Below are positions 1 to 9,782 of a DNA stretch of 40,631 nucleotides, piece after piece. Source of the stretch: Coriobacteriales bacterium (lineage in GTDB: Bacteria; Actinomycetota; Coriobacteriia; Coriobacteriales; UBA8131); assembly GCA_031263105.1 (NCBI GenBank), contig JAISGJ010000142.1, forward strand, positions 1-40,631, read 5' to 3'. The number at the start of each line of letters is the position of its first letter. Position 1 is the first letter of the stretch. Under the pieces are notes generated by a model. It made no database searches. It was given only the letters and a program-made list of their open reading frames with translations, and was not told the origin of the DNA. The translations under genes and the position numbers were made by a program.

Positions 1-2206
1 CGTCGGCCTCGGCGTCGGCGAGGCCGTCGCTCCACTCGAGGTAGCCCTCGCGGGCCTCCCGTATCTCCTCCGTGAGCTCCTCGACGGTCCTCCTGTTGCG
101 CTCGAAGGCGGCCTCGGCCTCGTCGAGCTCGGCCGCCACGCGCCCCGCCTCCTCCGACGTCGCCCTCTCCTCGTCGGTGAAGGCCTCGTAGCGCGCCCGC
201 AGGTCGTCGACGGCCCTCCCCTGGGCGCGGGATGCCTGCGTGAGCCCGGCGTACTCGTCGCCGAGGCCGGAGGTCTTCGTGGCGACGAGCGCGACGACGC
301 CCGCCAGCGCGGCCAGCGCGACGGTGACGACGGCCACGGGGTTCGTCGCCCAGGCGAGGCTCAGGGCCTTCACCGCGAACGTCAGCACGTTCGTGCTCAC
401 CGCCGCGAGCTTGGCGCCCGCGCTGTTGGCGGCGGTCGCCGCCGTGTTCGCCCCCGTCGCAGCGGTCGCCGCCGCCGTCGCGGCCGTGCTCGCGCCCGCC
501 GTGACGATGCCCCCCTTGTTCGCGACGTCGAGCGCGGCCCGGGCGGCGGCGTTCGCCCTCATCGCGTCGGATATCGTGCGGTACCCCGTCACGACCTTCG
601 CCGTCAGGGGCATGAGCTTGCCCATCGCCATGTTGACGGGCCCTATGGCCGCGGCACTCAGGACGAACATGTTGACGGCGGCGCGTGCGCCGTCGCTCAG
701 TCCCGCATAGCCCTCGGCCATGCCCGTGAGGGCGTCGAGGAATGGCCCTGCGTCCTTCACGAGCCCGTTGATGGCGCCGAGCATGGGGCCGCCCATCTCG
801 GCGGCGATGTTCTTGAGCCGGTTGAGGAGCATCGCGCCCTGCGACTCCGTCGTGGCGTAGCGGGCGGCCGCCTCCTTCGAGAGCGCCGTGTTCTCGTCCC
901 ATGCCCTGTTGGCGGTCGAGACCGAGCGCCCGAGCAGGTCGGACGCGCCGGAGAGGCGCTTGAGCATGTCGGTCTGCCGAAGCCCCGTCACCCCCAGCCC
1001 GTCGAGTATGACCCCGAGGTTCTCGCCCTCGGCCTTCGCGCCGGACATCCCTGCCATGACGGCCTGGAACGCCCCGAGCGCGTCCCTCCTCCACAGGGCG
1101 CTGAACTCGCCCACGGACACGCCCGCGAGGCCCGCCCACGTCGCGAGGGAGTCGGCGTTGGTGGCGACGTCCGTGTCTATCCTCGACAGCGTGGCCGACA
1201 CGGCGGAGCCGCCCGCCTCGGCCTCGATGCCGACCGAGGACAGGGCCGCCGACAGGGCGAGCACCTGCTGCTCGCTCAGGCCCACCTGCGAGCCCGCGCC
1301 CGCGATGCGCATGCCCATCCCCATGATCCTCGACTCGGTGGTCGCCGAGCTGTTGCCCAGGTCCACGAGCGTCGACGCGAGGCGGCCCAGGTCGCCCTGC
1401 GCCATGCCGGTGATGTTGGCGAACTGCGCCATCTCGGTCGCGGCCTGCTCGGCCCCGAGGTCCGTGGACACGTCGAGGTCGGCCACCGTCGATGCGAAGC
1501 CCTCCAGCTCGCCCGTCGCGATGCCGAGCTGGCCCCCGAGGGCCATGATGTCGGCGACCTGCGCGGCGCTGACGACCTTCTGCTCGCTCATCCCGGTGGC
1601 GGCGGCCCTGAGCTCGGCGTACTCCGCCTCGGTCGCGTCGACCGTCTTGCGCACCCCCGCGAACGCGCTCTCGAGCTCAAGGGCGTACTTCACGGACTGC
1701 TGCCCGACGGCGGCAAGGCCCGCCGTGATCGCAGACGCGCCCTTCCCGAACGCCATCATGGCGTCCGACCTGCCCGCGAGCTCGACGATCTTGTCCCCTG
1801 CGGTCGCGCTGTTCGTGTCGATGCGCGCGATCTGCTCCGCCGTGTCGGAGAGCTGGCGCGCGAAGGTGCGCAGCTGGCTCTCCGCCGTCGCGACGTCGCC
1901 TTTGAAGGCCAGGTACTCGCTCTGGTCGATCTTCCCCTTCCGGAACAGCTCCTCGACCTTCTCCTCGGCGGACTTCAGCGCGACGAGCTTTCTGGACGCC
2001 TCCTCGACCCTCTTGGAGAGCACGTGGTGCCTCTGCGCGAGCAGGTCGGCGGAGGCCGGGGAGAACTTGAGGCCCCTGTTCACGCCCGCAAGCTCCTTGC
2101 CGAGCGCGGACGCCTGCGTCTTCGCGGAGGCGAGCGCGGCCCCGACGTCGGTGGTGTCGGCGCCTATCTTGACGGTTATGCCCTTTACCTTCGCGCCTAG
2201 CGCCAT
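1..2206 (-). CDS. Phage tail tape measure protein (TP901-like), truncated by window edge
   Basis: Read from the reverse strand: ATG at 2206, MALGAKVKGITVKIGADTTDVGAALASAKTQASALGKELAGVNRGLKFSP. Typical TMP N-terminus, Ala-rich, downstream of the tail chaperone; no stop seen before position 1. Confidence 0.9.
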   Translation of the reverse strand, partial: MALGAKVKGITVKIGADTTDVGAALASAKTQASALGKELAGVNRGLKFSPASADLLAQRHHVLSKRVEEASRKLVALKSAEEKVEELFRKGKIDQSEYLAFKGDVATAESQLRTFARQLSDTAEQIARIDTNSATAGDKIVELAGRSDAMMAFGKGASAITAGLAAVGQQSVKYALELESAFAGVRKTVDATEAEYAELRAAATGMSEQKVVSAAQVADIMALGGQLGIATGELEGFASTVADLDVSTDLGAEQAATEMAQFANITGMAQGDLGRLASTLVDLGNSSATTESRIMGMGMRIAGAGSQVGLSEQQVLALSAALSSVGIEAEAGGSAVSATLSRIDTDVATNADSLATWAGLAGVSVGEFSALWRRDALGAFQAVMAGMSGAKAEGENLGVILDGLGVTGLRQTDMLKRLSGASDLLGRSVSTANRAWDENTALSKEAAARYATTESQGAMLLNRLKNIAAEMGGPMLGAINGLVKDAGPFLDALTGMAEGYAGLSDGARAAVNMFVLSAAAIGPVNMAMGKLMPLTAKVVTGYRTISDAMRANAAARAALDVANKGGIVTAGASTAATAAATAATGANTAATAANSAGAKLAAVSTNVLTFAVKALSLAWATNPVAVVTVALAALAGVVALVATKTSGLGDEYAGLTQASRAQGRAVDDLRARYEAFTDEERATSEEAGRVAAELDEAEAAFERNRRTVEELTEEIREAREGYLEWSDGLADAEAD

Positions 2207-2207
2207 G

Positions 2208-2478
2208 TCATGCGATCCTGTCCATGTCGTCCTGCGTCGCGCTGCGGGCCGCCCCTGCGGCCGGGCCGCACCCGAGCACCGCCGCGAGCGTCCCGAGCGT
2301 CATGCAGTTCATCTCCTCGAACGCAAGCCCCGCCCGCTTGCCCGCCATGAGGAGGTCGAGCAGGAGGCGGGGGTCGGCGGGGGCGTCGGCCCGCGCCGCA
2401 TCAGCTATCCACGCCAGCAGCGGGTCCCCCTGCGGCTGCGGCTCCCCCGTCCCCGCCCCCGTCCTCGGGGGCGGAACG
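2208..2478 (-). CDS. Tail assembly chaperone C-terminal extension (gpT-like), probably reached by +1 frameshift
   Basis: Open frame ...DPLLAWIAD...LLMAGKRAGLAFEEMNCMTLGTL...SATQDDMDRIA* between the chaperone and TMP; it is +1 relative to the upstream ORF. Confidence 0.65.
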
Positions 2479-2769
2479 AAAGAAGCCCCTGTTGATCTCC
2501 TCGACGACGGGGTCGAAGAGCGCGGGGTCGGCGAAGTCGATGTCGGCCAGCATCGCCGCCCACTGCTCGAACGAGGGGAAGGGCCCCGGGTACTTCGCCG
2601 TCCTCGCCATCGCCCACGTGCACTTGAGCAGGATGTAGCGGTCCCCGTCGAGGCGGCAGCGGTCGATGTCCGGCAGGATGCCGCTCCCGAACTCCTGCTC
2701 GTAGAAGAGGCCCGTCAGGGGGGACGCCGACACGGGCATCGGCAGCCCCCCTATCTCGAAGGTCCGCAT
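2401..2769 (-). CDS. Tail assembly chaperone (gpG-like)
   Basis: MRTFEIGGLPMPVSASPLTGLFYEQEFG...VEEINRGFFRS...; lies between the major tail gene and TMP. Confidence 0.8.
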   Translation of the reverse strand: MRTFEIGGLPMPVSASPLTGLFYEQEFGSGILPDIDRCRLDGDRYILLKCTWAMARTAKYPGPFPSFEQWAAMLADIDFADPALFDPVVEEINRGFFRSAPEDGGGDGGAAAAGGPAAGVDS

Positions 2770-2780
2770 GCGCGCGCCCG

Positions 2781-3356
2781 TCAGCCCTGGGCGACGGTCT
2801 CGGGCACCGCCACCGCCGAGAACCACGCGTCGTAGGCCGTGGCCGTGGCCGTCGCGTACTCGAGGGACGCCTTGACGACCCTCCTGCCGTCGAACGTGAA
2901 GGGCAGCGCGGATATGCTCGCGGACTCGGTCTTGGGCGTGGTCTGCTCGCCCTGCGTCTCCCGGCTCTCGGCGGGGCGCGCCATCTTGACGTTGTAGAAC
3001 ACGTAGCGCCTCCCTGCGGCGTCGCCCTGCACCTCGTAGAGCAGGGCGAACGGCGCCTGCACGTCGTCGGGCCCCTCGAGTGCCAGGCCGTTGTCGTCGG
3101 TGCCGAACCCGAGCAGCGCGGCCTTCGCGGCGTCGTCGATGTAGGCGAGCTCCAGCGAGCCCTTGTAGCCGTTGTTGGCCGTCATGGTGAAGTACTTGGC
3201 GTCGTCGGCGTAGAACGAGCTCTCCTCGCCCTCCGGCGTCAGCTCCAGCGACACCGCGCCGGGGAGCTTGACCGGCGTGGCGTATGTCCCGCCCTCCTCG
3301 TCCAGCACCGCGTAGTGGGCGTTCCGGAGCCCGTACCTGATCTTGTTGGCTGCCAT
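2781..3356 (-). CDS. Major tail tube protein (phi13 family)
   Basis: NKIRYGLRNAHYA, PGAVSLEL, FYADD, NNGYKGSLE and FALLYEVQGD motifs. Confidence 0.92.
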   Translation of the reverse strand: MAANKIRYGLRNAHYAVLDEEGGTYATPVKLPGAVSLELTPEGEESSFYADDAKYFTMTANNGYKGSLELAYIDDAAKAALLGFGTDDNGLALEGPDDVQAPFALLYEVQGDAAGRRYVFYNVKMARPAESRETQGEQTTPKTESASISALPFTFDGRRVVKASLEYATATATAYDAWFSAVAVPETVAQG

Positions 3357-3359
3357 CTC

Positions 3360-3695
3360 TCAGTCTCCAATCGTCGTCGTCGTGTAGGAGGTCAGGGTCG
3401 TCCCCTCCTCCGCTATCCATGTCTCGTCCTTCGCCCACGCGCCGCCCGCGCCCCTGAGCGCCTGCTCCACGCCGCGCTCCGCCTCCGCCTGCCCGCCGCC
3501 TGCGGAGGGGCCGTCCGTGTAGAGCTCCACGGCCCACGTGCGGACGGGCGCGTGGTTGCCGTCGTCCGCCATCAGGTCGCGGGACCCGTGGGGACGGTAG
3601 ACGACGTAGGGGAGCGCGGTCTCCTCGAGGAACGCGTTGCGCGCCACGGGCATGCCCGTGCCCCTGAGCGCCTCCTCGAGGTCGTGCTCCCTCAT
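3360..3695 (-). CDS. Tail completion/terminator protein
   Basis: MREHDLEEALRGTGMPVA...LPYVVY...ADD...VELYT...ETWIAEE; ATGA overlap with the upstream gene; synteny. Confidence 0.75.
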   Translation of the reverse strand: MREHDLEEALRGTGMPVARNAFLEETALPYVVYRPHGSRDLMADDGNHAPVRTWAVELYTDGPSAGGGQAEAERGVEQALRGAGGAWAKDETWIAEEGTTLTSYTTTTIGD

Positions 3696-4078
3696 GTCGC
3701 AAGCCCCGCTATCGCCTCGGCGGCCCTTCGCGGGAACTCCTCGGCGCACCTGTCGGCTGCGGGCGCGATATGGGGGACGCCGGGCACGCGCCCCGTCCCG
3801 CCCCGCTTCATGTGCCCGTGCTCGAGCAGGTGGGTGAGCTGGGGCCTGTTCCGGTTGTAGACCGTCGCGACGTGCCCGTTGCCCCTGTCCGACTTCTCAT
3901 AGGTCCATGACCCGGCGTACCGCCCTGTGCGCCTGGGCGACGCGGCGGACACCTCGGACGCGCACTCCAGGGCGGCCCTGTTCGCCGCGTCGTCGAGTGC
4001 GCCCGCCAGTGCGTACCCGTACTCGCGCAGGACCGCGTCGACGGCGGCCGCGAGCCCGTCGGGCGCCACGTCAGGCAT
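3692..4078 (-). CDS. HK97 gp10-family protein
   Basis: SPRRTGRYAGSW, YNRNRPQLTHLLEHGH and PHIAPA motifs. Confidence 0.88.
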   Translation of the reverse strand: MPDVAPDGLAAAVDAVLREYGYALAGALDDAANRAALECASEVSAASPRRTGRYAGSWTYEKSDRGNGHVATVYNRNRPQLTHLLEHGHMKRGGTGRVPGVPHIAPAADRCAEEFPRRAAEAIAGLAT

Positions 4079-4394
4079 CGGGTGCCTCCTTCCCGTCGGG
4101 CGCCTTCCCCACGTCGGACGCCCGCCTCTCGCAGGTGAGCCACACCTTCTCGCCGCGCGGCTGCACCCTCGCGACCGTGTGGCGGGCGCCGTCGATGAGG
4201 ACGTGCCGCTCGCCCCGGTACTCGGCGGCGTGCAGCTCGAGCCTGCGGGCGTCCCTTATGCCCAGCGCGCCCGCGCGCTGCGACAGCACGAGCAGCTCGG
4301 ACGAGTCCACGCGCAGCTCGTTCGCGAACACTCGGCGCGAGGGTGAGCCCGCGCCGCCGTCCGAGAGGGAGACCGCCCTGTCAAAGCGCGCCAT
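4071..4394 (-). CDS. Head closure / head-tail adaptor protein
   Basis: RRVFAN...EYRGERHVLIDG...WLTCER; synteny. Confidence 0.75.
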   Translation of the reverse strand: MARFDRAVSLSDGGAGSPSRRVFANELRVDSSELLVLSQRAGALGIRDARRLELHAAEYRGERHVLIDGARHTVARVQPRGEKVWLTCERRASDVGKAPDGKEAPDA

Positions 4395-4686
4395 CGTCGC
4401 CCCCGTTGTGCCTGGAGCTCAGGGCGAGCTCCTTCACGATCTGCCGGTAGGAGCGCCGGTACCTCTCGCTGTCCGGGTTGTCCAGGCCCCACGACGCCTT
4501 CGCGTAGGTGACGACCGCCAGCTTGACGAGGGGGTCGAGGCCCGGGCCGTCGCCGTCCGCGAGCACTTCGGCGGACACGCCGGCCCGCTCGAGGTCGGCG
4601 AGCGCCGCCGCGACGAGGTCGGAGACCTCGCCGTCGAAGGCGTCCGTCGTCAGGCGGAGCGCGAGCCTCACGTCGTCGAGCAGCAC
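4381..4686 (-). CDS. Head-tail connector (gp6-like DNA packaging protein)
   Basis: LLDDVRLALRLTTDAFDGEVSDLVAAALADL...AVVTYAKASWG; directly after the capsid gene. Confidence 0.85.
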   Translation of the reverse strand: MLLDDVRLALRLTTDAFDGEVSDLVAAALADLERAGVSAEVLADGDGPGLDPLVKLAVVTYAKASWGLDNPDSERYRRSYRQIVKELALSSRHNGGDDGAL

Positions 4687-4702
4687 GCCGTCACTCTCCC
4701 GC

Positions 4703-5869
4703 TCAGCCCAGGGCGGGCCCGATGACGATCTTCACGAAGCAGTCGCTGCGCATCGGCAGCGCGTCGAACTTCGCGAAGCCGCCGAAGATGCGCTTGCGGT
4801 TCGTCACGTCGATGTCCTGCAGGATGTTGGGGGCCTCGAACTCGTTGGCCCCTATCTCTGCGGGCTTGCCCACCCAGATCACGCCGTCGGGCACCGCGTC
4901 GTCGACCTTGACGGCGGCGGTGTAGGCCCTGCCCGCGACGAGCGGGCTCTCCGTCATCGTGTTGTCCAGGTACAGCGGCCGCCCGATGCCGTCCTGCACC
5001 CCGGCGACCTCGTTGTAGACGGTCGCCTGGCTGGCGTACATGGCCGTCAGCCCGTCGCCCCGGATGAGGGACAGGGCACGGCGGACGACGTCGTCCGTGA
5101 GCTCCTCCGCCTCGATCTTGTTCCCGCTCGCGATCCCGTAGGTCGCGGCCTCGAGCTGCGCGTAGAGCAGGGCGTTCTCGGCGTGCAGGATTCGCGCGAT
5201 GATGTGGTTGACGAGCCAGCCCTCGAAGGCGTCGATGGACTGGATGCCCATGTTCGCCGATATGACGGCGTGCTTCAGGATGTCCTTGCCGTGAATCGGC
5301 ACGGTGTCGAAGCTGTCCTGGCTGTCGGCGTTCGCCTCGCCCTCGGACTTGACCGCCGCGTCGCCTGCCGTGGTCGCCTTGTGGCGGGGCACCTCGTACT
5401 GGGACGTGAAGTGGTCGACCGTCACGTCGTCCAGCAGCGTCCTGGTCGACAGCACCAGCTCCTTGATGGCGTTCTGGGTCTGGAGCGGGACGAGCGCCCC
5501 CGTGTTCGACGTCAGGAACGTGAACGCGCGCCTCTCGGCGTCCGTCATCTCCGTGCCGCCGCGTATGTCCAGCCCGCTGCGGGACGCGAGGTCCTTGAAG
5601 AACGCACGGCGGTACTCGGCGCCCGCCGGGTCGGGGGCTGGCTCGGAGACCTGGACGCCGCTGAAGCGGGCGACCGGCACGGTCGGCTCGGCGCCCGTGG
5701 CGATGCGGTCGCGCAGCCCCCTGCGCGCCTCGGCCTCGGCCTCGAGCCGCCCCCTGCGCTCGGTCAGCGCGTCGACCTCGGCGCTGAGCGCGTCGACGTC
5801 GCCGCCCCCGTCCCTCAGCTCGGCCTCGATGGCGGCGAGCCTCTCTGTGATCTGTTGGTGCTCGTTCAT
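4703..5869 (-). CDS. Major capsid protein, HK97 fold with N-terminal scaffold (delta) domain
   Basis: ATG 5869 overlaps the protease stop (ATGA); coiled-coil N-terminus, AEYRRAFFKDL, GALVP; about 388 aa. Confidence 0.92.
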   Translation of the reverse strand: MNEHQQITERLAAIEAELRDGGGDVDALSAEVDALTERRGRLEAEAEARRGLRDRIATGAEPTVPVARFSGVQVSEPAPDPAGAEYRRAFFKDLASRSGLDIRGGTEMTDAERRAFTFLTSNTGALVPLQTQNAIKELVLSTRTLLDDVTVDHFTSQYEVPRHKATTAGDAAVKSEGEANADSQDSFDTVPIHGKDILKHAVISANMGIQSIDAFEGWLVNHIIARILHAENALLYAQLEAATYGIASGNKIEAEELTDDVVRRALSLIRGDGLTAMYASQATVYNEVAGVQDGIGRPLYLDNTMTESPLVAGRAYTAAVKVDDAVPDGVIWVGKPAEIGANEFEAPNILQDIDVTNRKRIFGGFAKFDALPMRSDCFVKIVIGPALG

Positions 5870-6486
5870 GTCCTCGTCCTTTCGATCGCAAGGATTGCCA
5901 GTGTCCTCTTGCGCAGGATGTCGCTCCGCATCCGCTCGCGCCCGATCGCTCCGTCGGCCCATGCGCGCGCGCTTATGGACGTCTTGTCGTTGGCCGGGAT
6001 GGAGACCGGCGCGACGTCGTACACCTTTCTAACACGGTCGATAACACGGGTCACCCGCTCGACCTCCCCTCCGTCGCCGTATGTCTTCTCCTCGTGCTCC
6101 TCGGATACCGTGAACGCCCACGACATCCTCGTCACCAGGCCCGCGCGTATCTCCTCGAACATGTCGCGCGCGGCCCGCGAGCGGCTGAGGTCGGCGGACA
6201 CGGCGAGCCCGTCCGGCGTCACGCTCACCGCGAGCGTGCCGTTCGACGTGCGCGCCATGACCTTGCCCTCGTGGTCGTAGCGCAGCACCACGTCGCTCAT
6301 GTCGCAGCCCTCGAACGCCTCCGGCCCGGCCACGCGCTCCCACCAGCGGCCCCAGAGCCGGTACGGCTCCCAGTTGGCGGCGACGCCCTCGACCGCCTGC
6401 GCCTCGCCCTCCGACCTGCATGCGACCGGCGCCGCGAACGCGCGGTACTCCCGCCCCGCCCCGCCGCCCGCCTTCTCCTCATCCAT
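5866..6486 (-). CDS. HK97-family prohead protease
   Basis: DVVLRYDHEGKVMARTSNGTL, MSWAFTV and VYDVAPVSIPAND motifs. Confidence 0.93.
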   Translation of the reverse strand: MDEEKAGGGAGREYRAFAAPVACRSEGEAQAVEGVAANWEPYRLWGRWWERVAGPEAFEGCDMSDVVLRYDHEGKVMARTSNGTLAVSVTPDGLAVSADLSRSRAARDMFEEIRAGLVTRMSWAFTVSEEHEEKTYGDGGEVERVTRVIDRVRKVYDVAPVSIPANDKTSISARAWADGAIGRERMRSDILRKRTLAILAIERTRT

Positions 6487-7648
6487 CCTGGTCTCCTTTC
6501 ACGGTCTCCGATATGTCCGCGTACTCCCTGCGTATCCAGTAGGCGTCCCCGCCCGGGACGGGCCCCAGCCCGAACATCGCCCGCGCCTCGTTCGCGCTGA
6601 GCATCCCCCGGTCGCGCATCTGCGTGGCGAAGGCCAGGCGCGAGGCGGTGGTGGCGTACTGGAGGCGCGAGTCCGAGAGCACGACGCCGGGCGCGTCGCC
6701 GCCGGGCGCCGGGGCGCCGGCGCCCGGAAACGTCATGTTGGAGAGCACGAGGGAGAGCTGCGTGGCGAACGGCTCCACCTCGCCCTCGTAGAAGGCGTTC
6801 CAGGCCGCCTCGTCGAACCTGTTCTGCAGGATGTCCGCGTTCACGCCGAAGTAGCCGTAGACGTTGTCCTCGATGAGCCTCTGCTGCGCCGCGTCGACGA
6901 GGTAGGGCCTGGTGTGGAGCTGCTTGACGTCGTCGTACTTGTTGTCGGCGAACACGACGCCGCCGTTGGCCCGCGTCGAGAGGTTCTCGGCCACGAACCG
7001 CTTGCGCTCCCTCTCAAGGTCCTCCGGGCGCACGTTGGCCGACACCCTGACGAGCAGGCGGGTGGTCGCCGACGCCTTGATGCCCTCGACGATCCCCTGG
7101 GCCTGCGTGTCGATGAGCTCCAGCGTCGTCCTGAGCGGCCCGTTGCCGTCGCCGAAGAGCGCGTCGCGGTACTGGTGCGACGTCATGACCCCGACCTTCG
7201 AAAGCTCCAGCGCCGCCCTCTCGCCGCCCGCGAAGCCGAAGCGCAGGAACAGCTCGCCGCCGTGCTCGACGGCCTCGGCTGACGAGGGCAGGACGGGGTA
7301 GTACCCGCAGACGCGCTCGTCCGTCGCCGTCAGGAGGGGGACGATGAAGGCCGTGGTCTCCATCTTGTAGATGGTCGCCACCCGGTAGAGGAACTTGTAG
7401 GTGTCCTGCCACGGGTTGGGGCGGGCCCTGAGCGCGCGGTCGAGCGCGTCGTCGCCCCTGACGGAGGGCGTGAGCTTCGCGCACGCCTTGGCGAACGCGT
7501 GCACGGCGCTGCGCACCAGCTCCTTCTCGTAGAGCTCGCCCGGGCCCGACCGGAAGACGGGCGTGTATCCGCCCAGGTCGCGCCAGGCGCCCGCGTCGCG
7601 CGCCGCGGACCTGCCCCTCCTCCCGAAAAGCCTGTCGAGCAGGCCCAT
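6479..7648 (-). CDS. Portal protein (HK97 family)
   Basis: MGLLDRLFG start; PNPWQDTYKFL; NEARAMFGLGPVPGGD. Confidence 0.93.
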   Translation of the reverse strand: MGLLDRLFGRRGRSAARDAGAWRDLGGYTPVFRSGPGELYEKELVRSAVHAFAKACAKLTPSVRGDDALDRALRARPNPWQDTYKFLYRVATIYKMETTAFIVPLLTATDERVCGYYPVLPSSAEAVEHGGELFLRFGFAGGERAALELSKVGVMTSHQYRDALFGDGNGPLRTTLELIDTQAQGIVEGIKASATTRLLVRVSANVRPEDLERERKRFVAENLSTRANGGVVFADNKYDDVKQLHTRPYLVDAAQQRLIEDNVYGYFGVNADILQNRFDEAAWNAFYEGEVEPFATQLSLVLSNMTFPGAGAPAPGGDAPGVVLSDSRLQYATTASRLAFATQMRDRGMLSANEARAMFGLGPVPGGDAYWIRREYADISETVKGDQDG

Positions 7649-7660
7649 GCGCCGCCTCCT

Positions 7661-9349
7661 TCAGATCATGGCCTCGTAGCCGCCGGGGTCGTCGTGCAAA
7701 AGCACGTAGGCGTCGAGCAGCGCCGCGAACCCGTCGATCCTGTACTGCGCCCTATTGTCCTTCTTGCTTAACATGAGGTTCCCGTTCTCGTCGACCTTGA
7801 CCGCCGCGTTGCGCATGCACCACATGTCCACGGGGTTCTGGTTGTGGACGAGGAGGCCCGCCCGCATGTCGGCCTTGAGCGCCTTGAGCGGCACGGACTC
7901 GGTCTTGGCCCCCTGCCGCACCTCTATGGCGTTCCTCTTGCCGAGGAAGGCCTGCAGCTCCTCCAGCAGGTGCGACTCGAAGCCCCAGCGGTCGTAGCCC
8001 GCCCGGTAGACGTATGTCCCGGTCTCCTCCTGGAACTCGCGCAGGTAGGCGACGACGGCCCGCTTGTCGATCTTGTTGCCGGGGCACGTGCGTATGAGCC
8101 CGCGCTCGACCCACCGGTCGTAGGGGACGCGGTCGCGCCCCTCGACGGACCCCGCCCTCGCCTGCTCCTCCAGCACGGCCTCGGGCAGCCAGTACATGCT
8201 CGACACGTAGATGCGCGGGTCCACCGAGCCGTCGGGCAGCCGCCTCTTCATGAGCAGGGACACCGCCGTGAGGTCGGTCGTGCTCGACAGGTCTATGCCC
8301 GCTATCGCGTAGCGGAAGCCCATCTCGCGCATGTCGAAGGTCGCGGGGTTCTCGATGTCCTCCCAGGAAAGGAACGCCGTCGCGCTGTTGACGAACAGGT
8401 TGAAGTCCTTGCACAGCACCGTGCTCAGGAACGACGGGTCGGCCTTCGCCTTCCCGACGCATCCGCGCAGGAAGTCGGCCCTCTTTATCGTCCCGAGCCC
8501 GGGGTTCGCCTTCGCCCAGGCGCCCTCGTCCTCCCACTCGCCGCGCTCGTCGAGCTCGTAGACGACGGGCAGGAAGCGGTCGTCCCGTATCCTGCCGTCG
8601 AGCCACTCCGACGCGTAGCGGTACTGGTCGTCGAAGATGGACTCGCGCGTGAACCCGTTCGTGGTGACGGTGAGCAGCAGCGGCTGCCTGCGCGAGCCCA
8701 TGCCCTGCTTCACCAGGTCGTAGATGTCCCGGTTCGTCATGGCGGACAGCTCGTCGATGACGGCGCCGTGGACGTCGAGGCCGTCGAGCGACCTGGAGTT
8801 CGACGCGAGCGCCCTGATGGTCCCCATGTTGCGCTCGCAGTACAGGTCGAAGGCGCGCTTGCGCACGCGGGCCCTGAGCGCGGGCGACTGGAGCACCATC
8901 TTGTGCGCGGCGTCGAAGCCGAGGCGCGCCTGGTCGTACTTGGTGGCGACGTTGTAGACCTGCGGGGAGCCCTCGCCGTCCATGACGAGCAGGTACAGCT
9001 CGACGGCGGAGCAGAGCGTGGTCTTGCCGTTCTTGCGGGCGACGAGGACGAAGGCCTCCTGGAAGCGCCGCAGCCCCTCGTCGTCCACGAAGCCGAAGAG
9101 CGTCTGCACGATCGCGCGCTCGAACGGCTCGAGCACGAGCGGCGAGCCGAGGCGCCCCGAGGGCTGCCTGCAGAAACGCTCTATCCACGCCGACGCGCGC
9201 CGCGCCCTCGCCGCGTCGAAGTGCCACCTGCCGGGGCTGTCGTGGTCGTCGAGCAGGCGGCACGCCAGCCTCCTGAGCTTCCTGCATGCGACGACCTCGC
9301 CGGAGCGCACGCCGCCCCAGTACGTGAGGAACCAGTCGGGCTCACCCAT
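7661..9349 (-). CDS. terL: Terminase large subunit
   Basis: Walker A VARKNGKT, Walker B VIDE, nuclease motifs GIDLSSTTDLTA and RIDGFAALLDA. Confidence 0.96.
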   Translation of the reverse strand: MGEPDWFLTYWGGVRSGEVVACRKLRRLACRLLDDHDSPGRWHFDAARARRASAWIERFCRQPSGRLGSPLVLEPFERAIVQTLFGFVDDEGLRRFQEAFVLVARKNGKTTLCSAVELYLLVMDGEGSPQVYNVATKYDQARLGFDAAHKMVLQSPALRARVRKRAFDLYCERNMGTIRALASNSRSLDGLDVHGAVIDELSAMTNRDIYDLVKQGMGSRRQPLLLTVTTNGFTRESIFDDQYRYASEWLDGRIRDDRFLPVVYELDERGEWEDEGAWAKANPGLGTIKRADFLRGCVGKAKADPSFLSTVLCKDFNLFVNSATAFLSWEDIENPATFDMREMGFRYAIAGIDLSSTTDLTAVSLLMKRRLPDGSVDPRIYVSSMYWLPEAVLEEQARAGSVEGRDRVPYDRWVERGLIRTCPGNKIDKRAVVAYLREFQEETGTYVYRAGYDRWGFESHLLEELQAFLGKRNAIEVRQGAKTESVPLKALKADMRAGLLVHNQNPVDMWCMRNAAVKVDENGNLMLSKKDNRAQYRIDGFAALLDAYVLLHDDPGGYEAMI

Positions 9350-9782
9350 CCGGGTACTCTGCGTCGAACTCGGCGAGCTCGTCGGCCCCGTCCGTGCCGC
9401 CCGCGCTGCGCTGCACGGCGAGCAGGTGCCTCTGGATGTTCTGGTACACCCGCACGAGCTCGCCGTAGCGCCTCATGTCCGGCTCGGCGTCGGCGCGTAT
9501 CTCGTCGAGGCGCACGGCGACGAAGGCCGCGTTCTCCACGAGGTCGGCCACCCCCTCGCGCGTCTCCCTGTCGACGCGGGACAGCATCGCCTCCAGGGCT
9601 CTCCGCTTGGCCCCTACGCGCCTCGACTCCGCCGCCTTGGCGGCCCACGCCGCGCGCTCCCCGGCGCTTCGGTGCCCCTTCCCCCCGTCCTTGCCGCGTC
9701 CGCGCCCCCCGTTCCTCCCTGCCTCGACCGAAGGGCCGGGACGCCCCTCTTTCAGGTCTTTCGCCCCGTGCGCCCCGGTCAT
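9342..9782 (-). CDS. Probable terminase small subunit
   Basis: Helical protein between HNH and TerL (LVENAAFVAVRLDEI...YGELVRVYQNIQRHL...DELAEF); start codon uncertain. Confidence 0.7.
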   Translation of the reverse strand: MTGAHGAKDLKEGRPGPSVEAGRNGGRGRGKDGGKGHRSAGERAAWAAKAAESRRVGAKRRALEAMLSRVDRETREGVADLVENAAFVAVRLDEIRADAEPDMRRYGELVRVYQNIQRHLLAVQRSAGGTDGADELAEFDAEYPDG

